Made by a program: the position numbers and the translations under genes
The notes under the pieces: model-generated
What the model was told of the DNA's origin: nothing
The model's input: only the letters and a program-made list of their open reading frames with translations
Databases searched by the model: none
NCBI GenBank assembly: GCA_002686365.1
Contig: NZBZ01000020.1
Coordinates: forward strand, 55,484-119,483
Direction: 5' to 3'
Length of the DNA stretch: 64,000 nt
Origin: a bacterium
Lineage (GTDB): Bacteria > Patescibacteriota > Minisyncoccia > UBA6257 > GWB1-50-10
Shown: one piece after another, positions 18,777-28,441 of the stretch
Numbering within the stretch: position 1 is the stretch's first letter
Layout of the letters: each line of letters opens with the position of its first letter

Positions 18777-19489
18777 AAAAACTCATTAAACGCATTCTTA
18801 ACTGGGGAAGTCCGGAGAAGTACGTCAGGAAGCTTCATGAAAACAAGAGCTATTTAGACGCCTACGCAGATCATACAGATACTCGCGTTGCTGAAGGGGA
18901 TGTTGAAAAGGCAATTGGAGGGTCATGGGAGGAGATGGGTAAACTTCAGTTTGATTTTTTGGTAAAAAAGGGCTTGGAGCCCCAGCACAAGATGCTTGAT
19001 ATTGGATGCGGAACTCTTAGAGGAGGAAGGCATTTTATTAAACACCTTGGTTCAAAGGGTTACACGGGATTTGATATCTCAGCAAAAGCAATTGAGCACG
19101 GGAAAAAACTTGTTGAAAAAGAGGGCCTTTCAGATAAGAAGCCTGAGCTTCTAATAAGCAAAGATAAGAATCTTAAGTTCAAAGAATTTAATGGAAGAGA
19201 ATTTGATTTCATATTTGCCCAGTCAGTGCTCACGCATCTTCCCCCAGAGAGCATTGAGGAGTTATTTGAGAATATTGGAAATATTATGAATCAGGAATCT
19301 GTTTTCTACTTCACATATTTTGAGGGAGACAGATACGAGCACTTCTCTATTGAGGATTTTAGATATCCATTCAGTCACTTTGAGTCAGTAGCTTGTGATC
19401 ATGGATTTACTATAGAGAACTGCTCTCATGAGTACCAACATAAGATAGGCCAGAAAATGGCAGCAGTGAAAAAGAAGACAGAAGAATAG
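18773..19489 (+). CDS. class I SAM-dependent methyltransferase
   Basis: MLDIGCGTLRGGRHF is motif I (DxGCG). Confidence 0.75.
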   Translation: MKKLIKRILNWGSPEKYVRKLHENKSYLDAYADHTDTRVAEGDVEKAIGGSWEEMGKLQFDFLVKKGLEPQHKMLDIGCGTLRGGRHFIKHLGSKGYTGFDISAKAIEHGKKLVEKEGLSDKKPELLISKDKNLKFKEFNGREFDFIFAQSVLTHLPPESIEELFENIGNIMNQESVFYFTYFEGDRYEHFSIEDFRYPFSHFESVACDHGFTIENCSHEYQHKIGQKMAAVKKKTEE

Positions 19490-19515
19490 GAAGCTCTGTA
19501 CAGAGTTAGTATATA

Positions 19516-19541
19516 AACACGCCGAAGTCTGGCGTGTTTAC
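19516..19541 (+). terminator. rho-independent terminator
   Basis: AAACACGCC-gaagtct-GGCGTGTTT hairpin followed by T-rich sequence. Confidence 0.55.
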
Positions 19542-19563
19542 GTTCTAAGAGGGCTCGTGTAAC

Positions 19564-20856
19564 ATGAAATGCATGGAAAATGCAGCTATAAAAGCAGTAA
19601 CAAAGGGCCCAAAACAGCACTTTTTTGGCTTTCATGACCTCTGCCCGTGGGATGAGGGGGAGAGACATATGCTTGCTATGGAGACGAGTTTTCTGGATAG
19701 AATGCCTACTCCAAAAGACACAGCAGGAATCTGCCTAATAGATCTGGAAAGAGATGTAACAGAAGTACTTGCAGAGACCAGCGCATGGAACTTTCAGCAG
19801 GGCGCGCGCCTTCAGTGGATACCGAATAAACAAGACCACATCATCTACAACGACCGGCGAGACGGCCGGTTTGTTTCGGTAATTTACGACATAAAAAAGA
19901 AAAAAGAAATAAACGTCTTGGAATATCCGATATACGCAGTACATCCGGACGGCACATTCGCCTTGGGATTGGATTTTGCTTGGTTGCTTAAACACGGGGG
20001 GTACGGATACACGTCTGCCATTTCAGTAGAAACTCAAGACGACGGTGAAAGGAGTATCGAGAAAGAGAATGGGATCAGGAAGGTGAATATAAAAACCGGA
20101 GAGTCAAAACTTATTATTTCAACTTACAGCGTGATGCACCTGCAAAACAAACCCGGTAAAGACGAACATCATGTCTTGACGCACGCAACATTTAATCCAA
20201 GCGGCACGAGAATCTGTTTCGTTGATAAGTTTCTCTTGCCAGACGGTGGGTTTATGCAGAGGCCGATAACGGCAAACCCTGACGGAAGCGACCTGTACGT
20301 TCTCCCCGGACACATCTCTCACTTTGACTGGAAGAGCGATACGGAAATCCTTGGGTATGGAAAGTTCAGTCCCAAGGCAATGGCACTGCGGAAGAGGGGA
20401 CTGCTAAAGCACCCTCTTCTGCGCCCGGCACTATATGTTGCAAGAAAGCTCCGCGGAGGAGTAAAGCAGAAGATCGCAGGGCAGAGCTACTTTCTTTTAA
20501 AAGACAAGACTCGAAAGGTAGAACGTATTGCAGTAGGACGCATGACTGAGGACGGACACCCGCAATTTTCTCCTGATAAAAAGTGGATTGTAACTGATAC
20601 GTATCCAGACAAGGAAAATAAAAGAACGCTCATACTTTATAATTGGAATACTGGAGAGAGAATTGACATAGAACGTTTTTTATCGTTACCTGATAGTCTC
20701 CCTGACATTAAGTCTGACTGGAACGTAAGCGGGATGCGCTCAGACCTGCATCCAAGATGGAATAGAAGCGGAACACAAATCTGTTTTGATTCAGTTGATA
20801 AGGAGTCAAAACAGATATATGTCGCAGATGTAGACAGTATTACGCATGGAAAATAA
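19564..20856 (+). CDS. beta-propeller protein (TolB/oligogalacturonate-lyase-like fold), function unknown
   Basis: Repeated ...HP.W..(S/D)G... blades, e.g. LHPRWNRSGTQICFDS; 430 aa; locally higher GC. Confidence 0.4.
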   Translation: MKCMENAAIKAVTKGPKQHFFGFHDLCPWDEGERHMLAMETSFLDRMPTPKDTAGICLIDLERDVTEVLAETSAWNFQQGARLQWIPNKQDHIIYNDRRDGRFVSVIYDIKKKKEINVLEYPIYAVHPDGTFALGLDFAWLLKHGGYGYTSAISVETQDDGERSIEKENGIRKVNIKTGESKLIISTYSVMHLQNKPGKDEHHVLTHATFNPSGTRICFVDKFLLPDGGFMQRPITANPDGSDLYVLPGHISHFDWKSDTEILGYGKFSPKAMALRKRGLLKHPLLRPALYVARKLRGGVKQKIAGQSYFLLKDKTRKVERIAVGRMTEDGHPQFSPDKKWIVTDTYPDKENKRTLILYNWNTGERIDIERFLSLPDSLPDIKSDWNVSGMRSDLHPRWNRSGTQICFDSVDKESKQIYVADVDSITHGK

Positions 20857-21904
20857 TACATACAAAAAAATAGTAGTAGTTGGACCTAATCATCCGGATT
20901 CTCTGCCTAAATGTACCTATATCGCGCTTCAGGATATGGGATATTCAGTATCTCTCGTAGATGATCGCGCAATAATGGGAGGGTCATATGCAAAAGATAT
21001 AGAAAAGAGAGGGAACCCGCGGCGAAGTACATTAATAAAACTTCGTATAAAAGAAGCAAGAATGCAGCTAAGCCCAAAGTATGAAGAAAAAGTATTTCAA
21101 AAAGTTGCAGATAAAGTAATAGAGCATGAGCCAGATCTCGTCATTATTCATAATGGCAGAACTCCGGCGCATACCATAAAGAGAATAAAGGAACGCGCCA
21201 AAGCAAAAGTAATACTGTGGTTTGCAGATCACCCTGCGAATTTGGGAAGACAGTATATGTTTCTGGCTCAGTATGACGCAATGTTTTTTAAGGATAAGTA
21301 CATAGTAGATATGGCGCGACGAATAAATCTGCCGGCATATTATCTGCCGGAGTCTGTAATGCCTAAGTGGCATAAGAAGGTGGAGTTAACAGAAGAAGAA
21401 AAGAAAATATACAGCTGTGAGATAACAACTGCAGGAAATATGTATCCATATCGCGCCCGCATATTTGAGGAGCTTACAAAAGAATTTGATGTGAAGCTCT
21501 GGGGACCGTCAATTCCAAAGTGGCTTTACTCCAAGGCAATACGAAAAGCGCATCAGCACAAAAGCGTGATGGAGCTGGACAAGGCAAAAGCATTTGCAGG
21601 AGCAGATATTGTAGTAAATACTTTTCAGGCTGAGGTACAGGGCGTTAATCTTCGTACATTTGAAGCAGCAGCATGCAGCGCATTTCAAATCTGCGAATAT
21701 AGGAAGGAGCTAGAAGAACTTTTCGAAATAGGGAAGGAGATAGTTGTATTCAAAAATATTGATGAGCTGAAGGAGAAGGTTCGATACTATCTAAAGAATC
21801 CTGAAGAGCGTAAGAATATTGCAGAAGCTGGAATGCGTCGCGCCCAAAGCTACACATATGCGCATCGCATAGAGGAGATATTCCAGACTTTGAAAAATAT
21901 ATGA
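20846..21904 (+). CDS. CgeB-like glycosyltransferase (Glyco_trans_1_2 C-terminal domain)
   Basis: C-terminal ...DIVVNTF...NLRTFEAAACSAFQIC...KNPEERKNIAEAG resembles the CgeB/DUF3880 family. Confidence 0.5.
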   Translation: MENNTYKKIVVVGPNHPDSLPKCTYIALQDMGYSVSLVDDRAIMGGSYAKDIEKRGNPRRSTLIKLRIKEARMQLSPKYEEKVFQKVADKVIEHEPDLVIIHNGRTPAHTIKRIKERAKAKVILWFADHPANLGRQYMFLAQYDAMFFKDKYIVDMARRINLPAYYLPESVMPKWHKKVELTEEEKKIYSCEITTAGNMYPYRARIFEELTKEFDVKLWGPSIPKWLYSKAIRKAHQHKSVMELDKAKAFAGADIVVNTFQAEVQGVNLRTFEAAACSAFQICEYRKELEELFEIGKEIVVFKNIDELKEKVRYYLKNPEERKNIAEAGMRRAQSYTYAHRIEEIFQTLKNI

Positions 21905-24312
21905 CAAGAGAAAAAACCATAAAACACATGCTTCATGAGCTTGAGAAACGCAGAATTAAATACTGCATCCTTCGAAATTATGAAGATTTGGAAGAAGAAG
22001 AGGAGAATGACATAGACATATTAGTAGAGCAGGGAAAAGAGAAGGAGGTTCGAGAGATAACGCAAGATGTTGCAAAAGAAAATGAGTGGAATATTCAGGA
22101 GAGAAACCCGCAAGGCCTGTATTTTATTTTGTATAGATGGAATAAAAAATATTGGGAGAATATCAGGTTTGATATTGTAACAAAGATGGAGATGAAGGGC
22201 GTAGAATATTTGGAAACAAAAGAAGTACTCGAGCGCAGAAAAAAACATAAAAAGGGATTTTATATTCCGGGTTTTGAGCATGAGGCAATTCATCTTATGG
22301 CAAAGGCCCAATTTGGAAATCCTGAAAATAAGGAAAAATATGAAAAAAGAATTCAGGAATTAACTAATAACACGCCATATAAGTTAGATGATGAAATTGA
22401 AAAAAGAATTAAGGCAGGAGCGCGAAAAAATAGCTGGAAGCGGATAAGAAATGGATTGTGGCGCAGAATACGGCCAACTGGAAGTTTTATAGTAATAGCT
22501 GGTCCGGACGGTGTGGGAAAGTCCACAACTGCGGAACACATCACAAAAATATTCAAAACGTTTCATCAGGGAGTAGAGCATATGCACCTTGGTTTCCGGC
22601 CGAATATTCTTCCAGCCCGGAAGGGGGGGCATCAGCAGAATCCAGAGGGAGAGGAGAGTGTGCGGAAGATGCCGGGATGGATACGATTTATCTATCACAC
22701 ATTAGATTACATCCTCGGATATTGGTTTAAGATTCGACCAGCTCTTGCCAGGGGGAAAATTGTAATTGCCGAACGGTACTATTATGGCTTTTTAGTTGAT
22801 CCTCGGGCGCATAAGCGTTATCAGATTCCAGAGTGGCTGCTGCGCACAGTATTTTTTATATGTATTCCAAAGCCAAAAGGATTTCTTCTTCTGACTAATG
22901 ATTCAAAAGAAATTATAAAACGCAGGCAGGAGCATTCTGAAGAAGAAACCGATCGTCAGATAATAGAATACGAAAAATGGGGAAGAAAAGCGCGGTATTT
23001 TTGGAAAATACGCACAGATAAGCCGGCAGATAGTGCAGCAATACAGGCTGTGCGGTATATAAAAGAAACGCATACAGCATGGAAAAAATATGCTCCATAT
23101 CGGCTTGCAGTTCTTGCCTCGCACCCAATACAGTATCAGGCTCCTCTATGGAAGAAGATAGCCGAACACCAGCATATAGACCTTAAGGTTTACTACTGTG
23201 TAGATTGGGGAGTTGAAAAGCCTCAGTATGATCCAAAGTTTTTTAACACTCCATACAAGTGGGACATCCCGCTTCTTGAGGGGTACACATATGAATTTTT
23301 AAAAAACTACTCTCCAAAACCAGGCCCATACTTGGGAGGATGTATTAATCCAAATATTGCTTTCAAGCTTTGGAAGCATAAGTATGACGCAGTTGTAATT
23401 ATGGGTTGGATGGATATTACATTTTGGTTTGCCTATTTGGCAGCGCTTGTTGGACGCACTCCGGTTTTTCTGCGAGCTGTATCATCTTCGTATTTTGATA
23501 AGTATGGAAAACGTTCTAATATTTTGCTCTTTTTGAAAAAAACAGTATTGAGAAATCTATTTCGATATTTTGTTTCAGGATTTCTTGCAATTGGCACAAG
23601 AAACAGAGATTTCTATCTTGAGTATGGAGTTAAGAAAAAAAATATATTTCACTTTCCTTATGCAGTAGACAATAACTTCTTTGCGAAAGAAGCAGAAAAG
23701 CATGAAAAACATCGCGCAAAAATCAGAAAAAAAATGAATATTGATTCAGACGCCGCAGTAATACTATTTGCAGCCAGATTTATACCCCGAAGACATCCAG
23801 AGCATGCGATTAAGGCATTTGAAAAACTTACTGCACACAGCAAGAAGACGAACGCGCATCTTCTAATGGTGGGGGACGGAGAGATGATGGACGAACTTAA
23901 AAAAGAGGTAGAAGAAAAGGAGCTATCAAATGTATGTTTTGTTGGATTTAAAAATCAGAAAGATCTTGTAAAAATGTATTCTATCTCTGATGTATTTGTT
24001 CGCGCAGATGAGACAATTGAGACCGGAGATTGGGGGGCAACTGTAAATGAGGCAATGGCCTGCGGTTTGCCAATAGTCTGTGCTGATGCTGCAGCATCAA
24101 ACGTTGATCTAATACAGAGAGGGAAAAATGGATATGTATACACATTTGGTGATATGGAGGAGTTCGCAGGCAGTATCAGCAAGGTAATTCAGAATAAAAA
24201 GCAGTTAGAATCAATGAAAAGGAAATCAAAAGAAATTATCTCAAAATGGAGTTATAAAGAAGATGTAGAGGGAATACTTGAGGCACTTGGGAATTATCCT
24301 CATAGATACTAG
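21901..24312 (+). CDS. tripartite fusion: N-terminal uncharacterised nucleotidyltransferase-like domain + P-loop (thymidylate-kinase-like) kinase domain + C-terminal GT4 glycosyltransferase
   Basis: Residues 1-150: RIKYCILRNYEDL...DIDILV (NTP_transf_5-like). Middle: IVIAGPDGVGKST Walker A plus an ERYYYG (DRY-like) block. C-terminus: GDGEMMDELKK...NEAMACGLPIV GT4 motifs. Confidence 0.65.
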   Translation: MTREKTIKHMLHELEKRRIKYCILRNYEDLEEEEENDIDILVEQGKEKEVREITQDVAKENEWNIQERNPQGLYFILYRWNKKYWENIRFDIVTKMEMKGVEYLETKEVLERRKKHKKGFYIPGFEHEAIHLMAKAQFGNPENKEKYEKRIQELTNNTPYKLDDEIEKRIKAGARKNSWKRIRNGLWRRIRPTGSFIVIAGPDGVGKSTTAEHITKIFKTFHQGVEHMHLGFRPNILPARKGGHQQNPEGEESVRKMPGWIRFIYHTLDYILGYWFKIRPALARGKIVIAERYYYGFLVDPRAHKRYQIPEWLLRTVFFICIPKPKGFLLLTNDSKEIIKRRQEHSEEETDRQIIEYEKWGRKARYFWKIRTDKPADSAAIQAVRYIKETHTAWKKYAPYRLAVLASHPIQYQAPLWKKIAEHQHIDLKVYYCVDWGVEKPQYDPKFFNTPYKWDIPLLEGYTYEFLKNYSPKPGPYLGGCINPNIAFKLWKHKYDAVVIMGWMDITFWFAYLAALVGRTPVFLRAVSSSYFDKYGKRSNILLFLKKTVLRNLFRYFVSGFLAIGTRNRDFYLEYGVKKKNIFHFPYAVDNNFFAKEAEKHEKHRAKIRKKMNIDSDAAVILFAARFIPRRHPEHAIKAFEKLTAHSKKTNAHLLMVGDGEMMDELKKEVEEKELSNVCFVGFKNQKDLVKMYSISDVFVRADETIETGDWGATVNEAMACGLPIVCADAAASNVDLIQRGKNGYVYTFGDMEEFAGSISKVIQNKKQLESMKRKSKEIISKWSYKEDVEGILEALGNYPHRY

Positions 24313-24357
24313 CCTATTCTTGCCAAAAATGAATATTAGCTGTATTGTAAGTCTATT

Positions 24358-25398
24358 GTGAAACCAGTTAATTTCGCTATCTTAGGATGCGGAAAAATAG
24401 GCGTACGTCACGCGGAAAAGCTCCAAAAAGTAAAAGGAGCTTCTTTAGTTGCGGTCTGTGATAGTGCGAAAGAACGCGCTGATGAGCTGGCTAAAAAATA
24501 TAACATTAAGGCCTATTACGATATTAAAGATTTGATGAAAGATCCAAAAGTGGATTTTGTTAATGTATGCACTCCATCAGGATTTCATCCGGACCATTCC
24601 ATTCAGTCCTTAGACGCGGGCAAAAATGTCCTTTGTGAAAAGCCAATGGCATTTCGTGAAGCTGATGCGCACAATATGATGGAGGTTGCAAAGAAAAACA
24701 ATAAGATGCTTTTTGTAGTAAAGCAGAACCGCCACAATCCTCCGGTAAAGCTCGTCAGTAAATTACTGCAGGAAGGAAAATTTGGTAAACCAATAAAGTG
24801 TGTAGTTAATGTGTTCTGGAATAGAAATGAGGATTATTACAAAAGTGAAAAATGGCGAGGCACGCTAGAGATGGATGGGGGAACACTCTGCTCTCAGGCA
24901 AGCCATTTTGTTGATCTTATGCTCGCATTTTTTGGAGAACCAAAGTCAGTGTATGCGCTCATGGATACAAAAAAGCAGAAAATAGAAGCCGAAGATACAG
25001 GAGTGATTGCAATTGAATTCGCAAATGGCGCCTGCGGCTCATTTAACTACACAACCTGTGTAACACACAAAAATATCGAAGGATCAATTCTTCTTATTGG
25101 AACCGAGGGAACAGTAAAAATTGGAGGCGAATATTTAAACACCATTGAGCAGTTTCAGGTAAACGGCATGGACTCATATGAGTTAGAGAAATCAAACGCA
25201 GGACCTAATGACTATGGAACTTACAAAGGCTCTATGTCGAACCACGATAAAGTTTTCGAGGCAATAGTGGCAAAAGTAAGAGGCGAGGATAAGCACAACG
25301 GAACATTAATTTCCGGCAAGCCAGCTATTGCTACTGTTAGATTTATTGAAAAAACCATTGAGTCCGCAAAAACAGGCCAGAAGATTTATTTTGTATAG
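24358..25398 (+). CDS. Gfo/Idh/MocA family oxidoreductase (NDP-sugar dehydrogenase-like)
   Basis: FAILGCGKIGVRHA Rossmann motif; EKP motif; GTG start. Confidence 0.85.
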   Translation: MKPVNFAILGCGKIGVRHAEKLQKVKGASLVAVCDSAKERADELAKKYNIKAYYDIKDLMKDPKVDFVNVCTPSGFHPDHSIQSLDAGKNVLCEKPMAFREADAHNMMEVAKKNNKMLFVVKQNRHNPPVKLVSKLLQEGKFGKPIKCVVNVFWNRNEDYYKSEKWRGTLEMDGGTLCSQASHFVDLMLAFFGEPKSVYALMDTKKQKIEAEDTGVIAIEFANGACGSFNYTTCVTHKNIEGSILLIGTEGTVKIGGEYLNTIEQFQVNGMDSYELEKSNAGPNDYGTYKGSMSNHDKVFEAIVAKVRGEDKHNGTLISGKPAIATVRFIEKTIESAKTGQKIYFV

Positions 25399-25458
25399 CG
25401 CATGAGTCCCGTTAGAAACAGCTAAATAGAATATGGTGTTTATGCAAACAAGCAAAAT

Positions 25459-26730
25459 ATGCCAAACAATACTAACGACCAAAGAAGGATAGAGCTAGGA
25501 ACAAGAAAAGATAAGCAGACAGTAGTAATAGCAAGAACGCTATCCGATGTAACCAATCTTGTAACACCGGGCACATTCGTTCTCTTTGTAAAAGAGGCTT
25601 GTGAAAAAGACTCCATGCTAATGGTCAGTGAGGCCATACGAAGAGGAGCTATCGGTATACTATTTGAAAAAACCGGTCGACTCGATCATGGCATCGTCGC
25701 CGCTAGCGAACTCGGTGTCCCAATAACATCACTAAATAAGAACATTGAGCAGCTTGATACAGGAGAACTCTACAAGGGGGTGCGCAAGCTTCTCTCAGAG
25801 ATAAAAAATATAGCTGACAGTGCTCCTGCAGAAGAGAATTTTATTCCAACCGTTCATCCTGTGAAAATAAACTTAGGGTTTCCGATAACTCTCAGTAAAT
25901 TTCCCGCACTTTCCAAGTTGGTTGATGGAGTTGCTTTTGCCAGACTCGAGTTCGTCATTACCGAGATCATAAAAGGAGAACATCCCCTTGCCTACATTTC
26001 CCGGACATCGGAAAGGAAGTTTATCTCCTTGCTGGCCGAACAACTTACAATCATCGCTAAAGAATTCTCCGGAAAACCAGTCTGGTTCCGTACAGACGAT
26101 TTCTGCGCTAATCAACTCTTAACATTGATAGGAGGAAAAGAAAGAGAGGTCTTTGAGGCCAATGAGTATCTGGGATGGAGGGGTATACGGAGGTCCCTTG
26201 ACCAGCCATCCTGGATTACACTACAATTCCTCGCCATCAAAGAACTCGTAGACAAGGGATTCGATAATATAGGAATATTTCCCCCTATGACGAGTTCAGT
26301 TGAAGAATATCTACAGTGGATAAAATTAGCGGAGAAAGCCGGGCTGAATTCCAAAATAGTAAAATTCGGCATAATGGTAGAAACTCCCGCTTGCGCTCTT
26401 ACCTTTGAAGACTTTACTCCACATCTAAGTTTCGTAGTTTTCGGCACCAACGACCTAACTCAATTCACTCTAGCTATCGACCGATCCAATCCTCGACTTG
26501 AGAACAAATTCATCGAGAACAGTAAAGCGGTGTTGGCACTCATGAAAAGAGTGATTACAATATGTAAAGAGAATAATATAGAAACAACCGTGGGTGGCCA
26601 AGCGGGGTTTAACGTCGACTTTATAAAGGAGCTCCTCGGCTATGGACTAACCGGCACCTCCGTAACTCCGCGCCCAGCAACCATACAAAAATTTAAGAAA
26701 CTCTTCCAAGAATATGAAAAAAACAATTAA
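25459..26730 (+). CDS. PEP-utilising enzyme family protein (swivel phospho-His domain + PEP/pyruvate-binding TIM barrel), lacking nucleotide-binding domain
   Basis: GRLDHGIVAASELGVP is the mobile His domain. FGTNDLTQFTLAIDRSN is the PEP-utilizers_C signature (GTNDLTQ). Confidence 0.7.
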   Translation: MPNNTNDQRRIELGTRKDKQTVVIARTLSDVTNLVTPGTFVLFVKEACEKDSMLMVSEAIRRGAIGILFEKTGRLDHGIVAASELGVPITSLNKNIEQLDTGELYKGVRKLLSEIKNIADSAPAEENFIPTVHPVKINLGFPITLSKFPALSKLVDGVAFARLEFVITEIIKGEHPLAYISRTSERKFISLLAEQLTIIAKEFSGKPVWFRTDDFCANQLLTLIGGKEREVFEANEYLGWRGIRRSLDQPSWITLQFLAIKELVDKGFDNIGIFPPMTSSVEEYLQWIKLAEKAGLNSKIVKFGIMVETPACALTFEDFTPHLSFVVFGTNDLTQFTLAIDRSNPRLENKFIENSKAVLALMKRVITICKENNIETTVGGQAGFNVDFIKELLGYGLTGTSVTPRPATIQKFKKLFQEYEKNN

Positions 26731-27799
26731 AGGAACAAAAAGAATACTCGTAACCTCTGCGGGTGGATATGCAGCCGTAGGGTTTTGTAATGCGCTTAAA
26801 AGATCAAAAAACCCTTACCATATTGTCTGTACTGACGCCGACCCCCTAAAACTCCCCTTTGCGAGCGGTGACAAAAAGTATCTCGTACCTCCAGCCGGAG
26901 ACAAAAACTACGTCGATGTCTTAAACACCATTATAGAAAAAAACAACATTGAGTTTCTGCACTCTCAGCAAACTAATGAACTTGCTTATATAGAAACTGT
27001 GAGGGATAAGATAAAAACAAAGCTTTTTATCCCGCCTCACCGCTCTTTTGAAATTGCAAACGACAAATTCAAAACCCACCAAGAGCTCTCACGTCACAAG
27101 CTTCCCGTTCCCCAATCCATCTTTGTCGAGGAAAAAAACGACATCGAAAAGGCCTTCAAAACAATTAAAGGCCCACTATGGTTCAGGGCCATCAGGGGCT
27201 CAGGCGGTAAGGGAAGTCTGCTCATCAAAGACAAAAATATTGCAGAAGCCTGGGTCACATATTGGGACGGCTTTAGCAACTTCATGGCCAGCGCTTACTT
27301 GCCAGGGAAAAACTTAGGTTGGGACTGTATCTGGAAAAACGGAGAGCTCCTAGCCAGTTATGGCAAAGAAAGAATTTCCTACGCTCTAGGCAGTAGCAGT
27401 CCTTCCGGAATCTCAGGCACAGCCGGAGTCATACGACCAGTCATAAGAAAAGACATCGATGACCTAGGGAAAAAGACCATTCTCGCGATTGAGAAAAAAC
27501 CTCACGGTGCATACTCCGTTGACTTTAAAGAGGATGCAAACGGAAACCCGCACATCACAGAGATTAACCCGGGAAGATTTCTGACCTCATCCCTAGTCTT
27601 TTTTGCTGAGACCGGGTCCAACCTCCCTGAGCTGCACATAAAAGCCGCCTTTAACGAAGAAAAAGACGAACACTTCAGTTACAGAGAAGATCTCTTTCTG
27701 ATTCGATCCCTTGATCATACGCCTATTATCTTGGACAAGCAGTATTTTAACTCGATTGAAAAACAGATGGGCGAACAGGGCTTTGCCGAACTCACCTAA
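26714..27799 (+). CDS. ATP-grasp domain protein
   Basis: ...PHGAYSVDFKEDANGNPHITEINPGRF is the ATP-grasp C-terminal motif; 361 aa; the start overlaps the upstream PEP-utilising gene by 17 nt. Confidence 0.7.
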   Translation: MKKTIKGTKRILVTSAGGYAAVGFCNALKRSKNPYHIVCTDADPLKLPFASGDKKYLVPPAGDKNYVDVLNTIIEKNNIEFLHSQQTNELAYIETVRDKIKTKLFIPPHRSFEIANDKFKTHQELSRHKLPVPQSIFVEEKNDIEKAFKTIKGPLWFRAIRGSGGKGSLLIKDKNIAEAWVTYWDGFSNFMASAYLPGKNLGWDCIWKNGELLASYGKERISYALGSSSPSGISGTAGVIRPVIRKDIDDLGKKTILAIEKKPHGAYSVDFKEDANGNPHITEINPGRFLTSSLVFFAETGSNLPELHIKAAFNEEKDEHFSYREDLFLIRSLDHTPIILDKQYFNSIEKQMGEQGFAELT

Positions 27800-27811
27800 C
27801 TTCCTAAAACA

Positions 27812-28438
27812 ATGAACATATTTTTCGACTTAGATGGTACACTCATTGATATCTCTGAAAAGTATTTTCAGGTGTATAAGAATTTTATGGAGCAGAAGGC
27901 CATGTCTCCTCTTTCGAAAAAGCAATTTTGGCAAATGGTAAGAAGAGAAGAAAAAAAAGAGAATGTGCTAAAAAAAAGAGACTTGATAGGGGGATACAAG
28001 AAGTTCTTCTTGCAGCATATTGAGAGTGAAGAATACATACGGCATGATCGGCTCTTTGAATATGTGCTGCCTGTATTACAGGGGTTGCGACAGCAAGGGA
28101 GAGAGCTGATGTTAGTAACACTACGAAGAAACCGACATCAAGCGATAAAAGAAATACAGAAGTTGAAAATCAATAAGTACTTCAAGAAAGTATTCATCTG
28201 TTATCCAAGTAAAATCGTTGGAGAAAACTATAGAGTAAAAGCGCGCGCCATACAGGCTATAGCATCAAAGAAAGACGTGATCGTTGGAGACTCAAGGGCA
28301 GATATTATGGCAGGAAAGGAGTTGGGTCTGCAAACAATTGGGGTAACTTCAGGAATCCGTAACTATAATATGATAAGAAAACAAAAACCAAATCACATTG
28401 CCCGCGATATAAGAGCAATAAAAAAATTACATACATAG
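27812..28438 (+). CDS. HAD-superfamily hydrolase (phosphatase)
   Basis: MNIFFDLDGTLID is HAD motif I; GDSRADIMAG is motif III/IV. Confidence 0.8.
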   Translation: MNIFFDLDGTLIDISEKYFQVYKNFMEQKAMSPLSKKQFWQMVRREEKKENVLKKRDLIGGYKKFFLQHIESEEYIRHDRLFEYVLPVLQGLRQQGRELMLVTLRRNRHQAIKEIQKLKINKYFKKVFICYPSKIVGENYRVKARAIQAIASKKDVIVGDSRADIMAGKELGLQTIGVTSGIRNYNMIRKQKPNHIARDIRAIKKLHT

Positions 28439-28441
28439 TAT

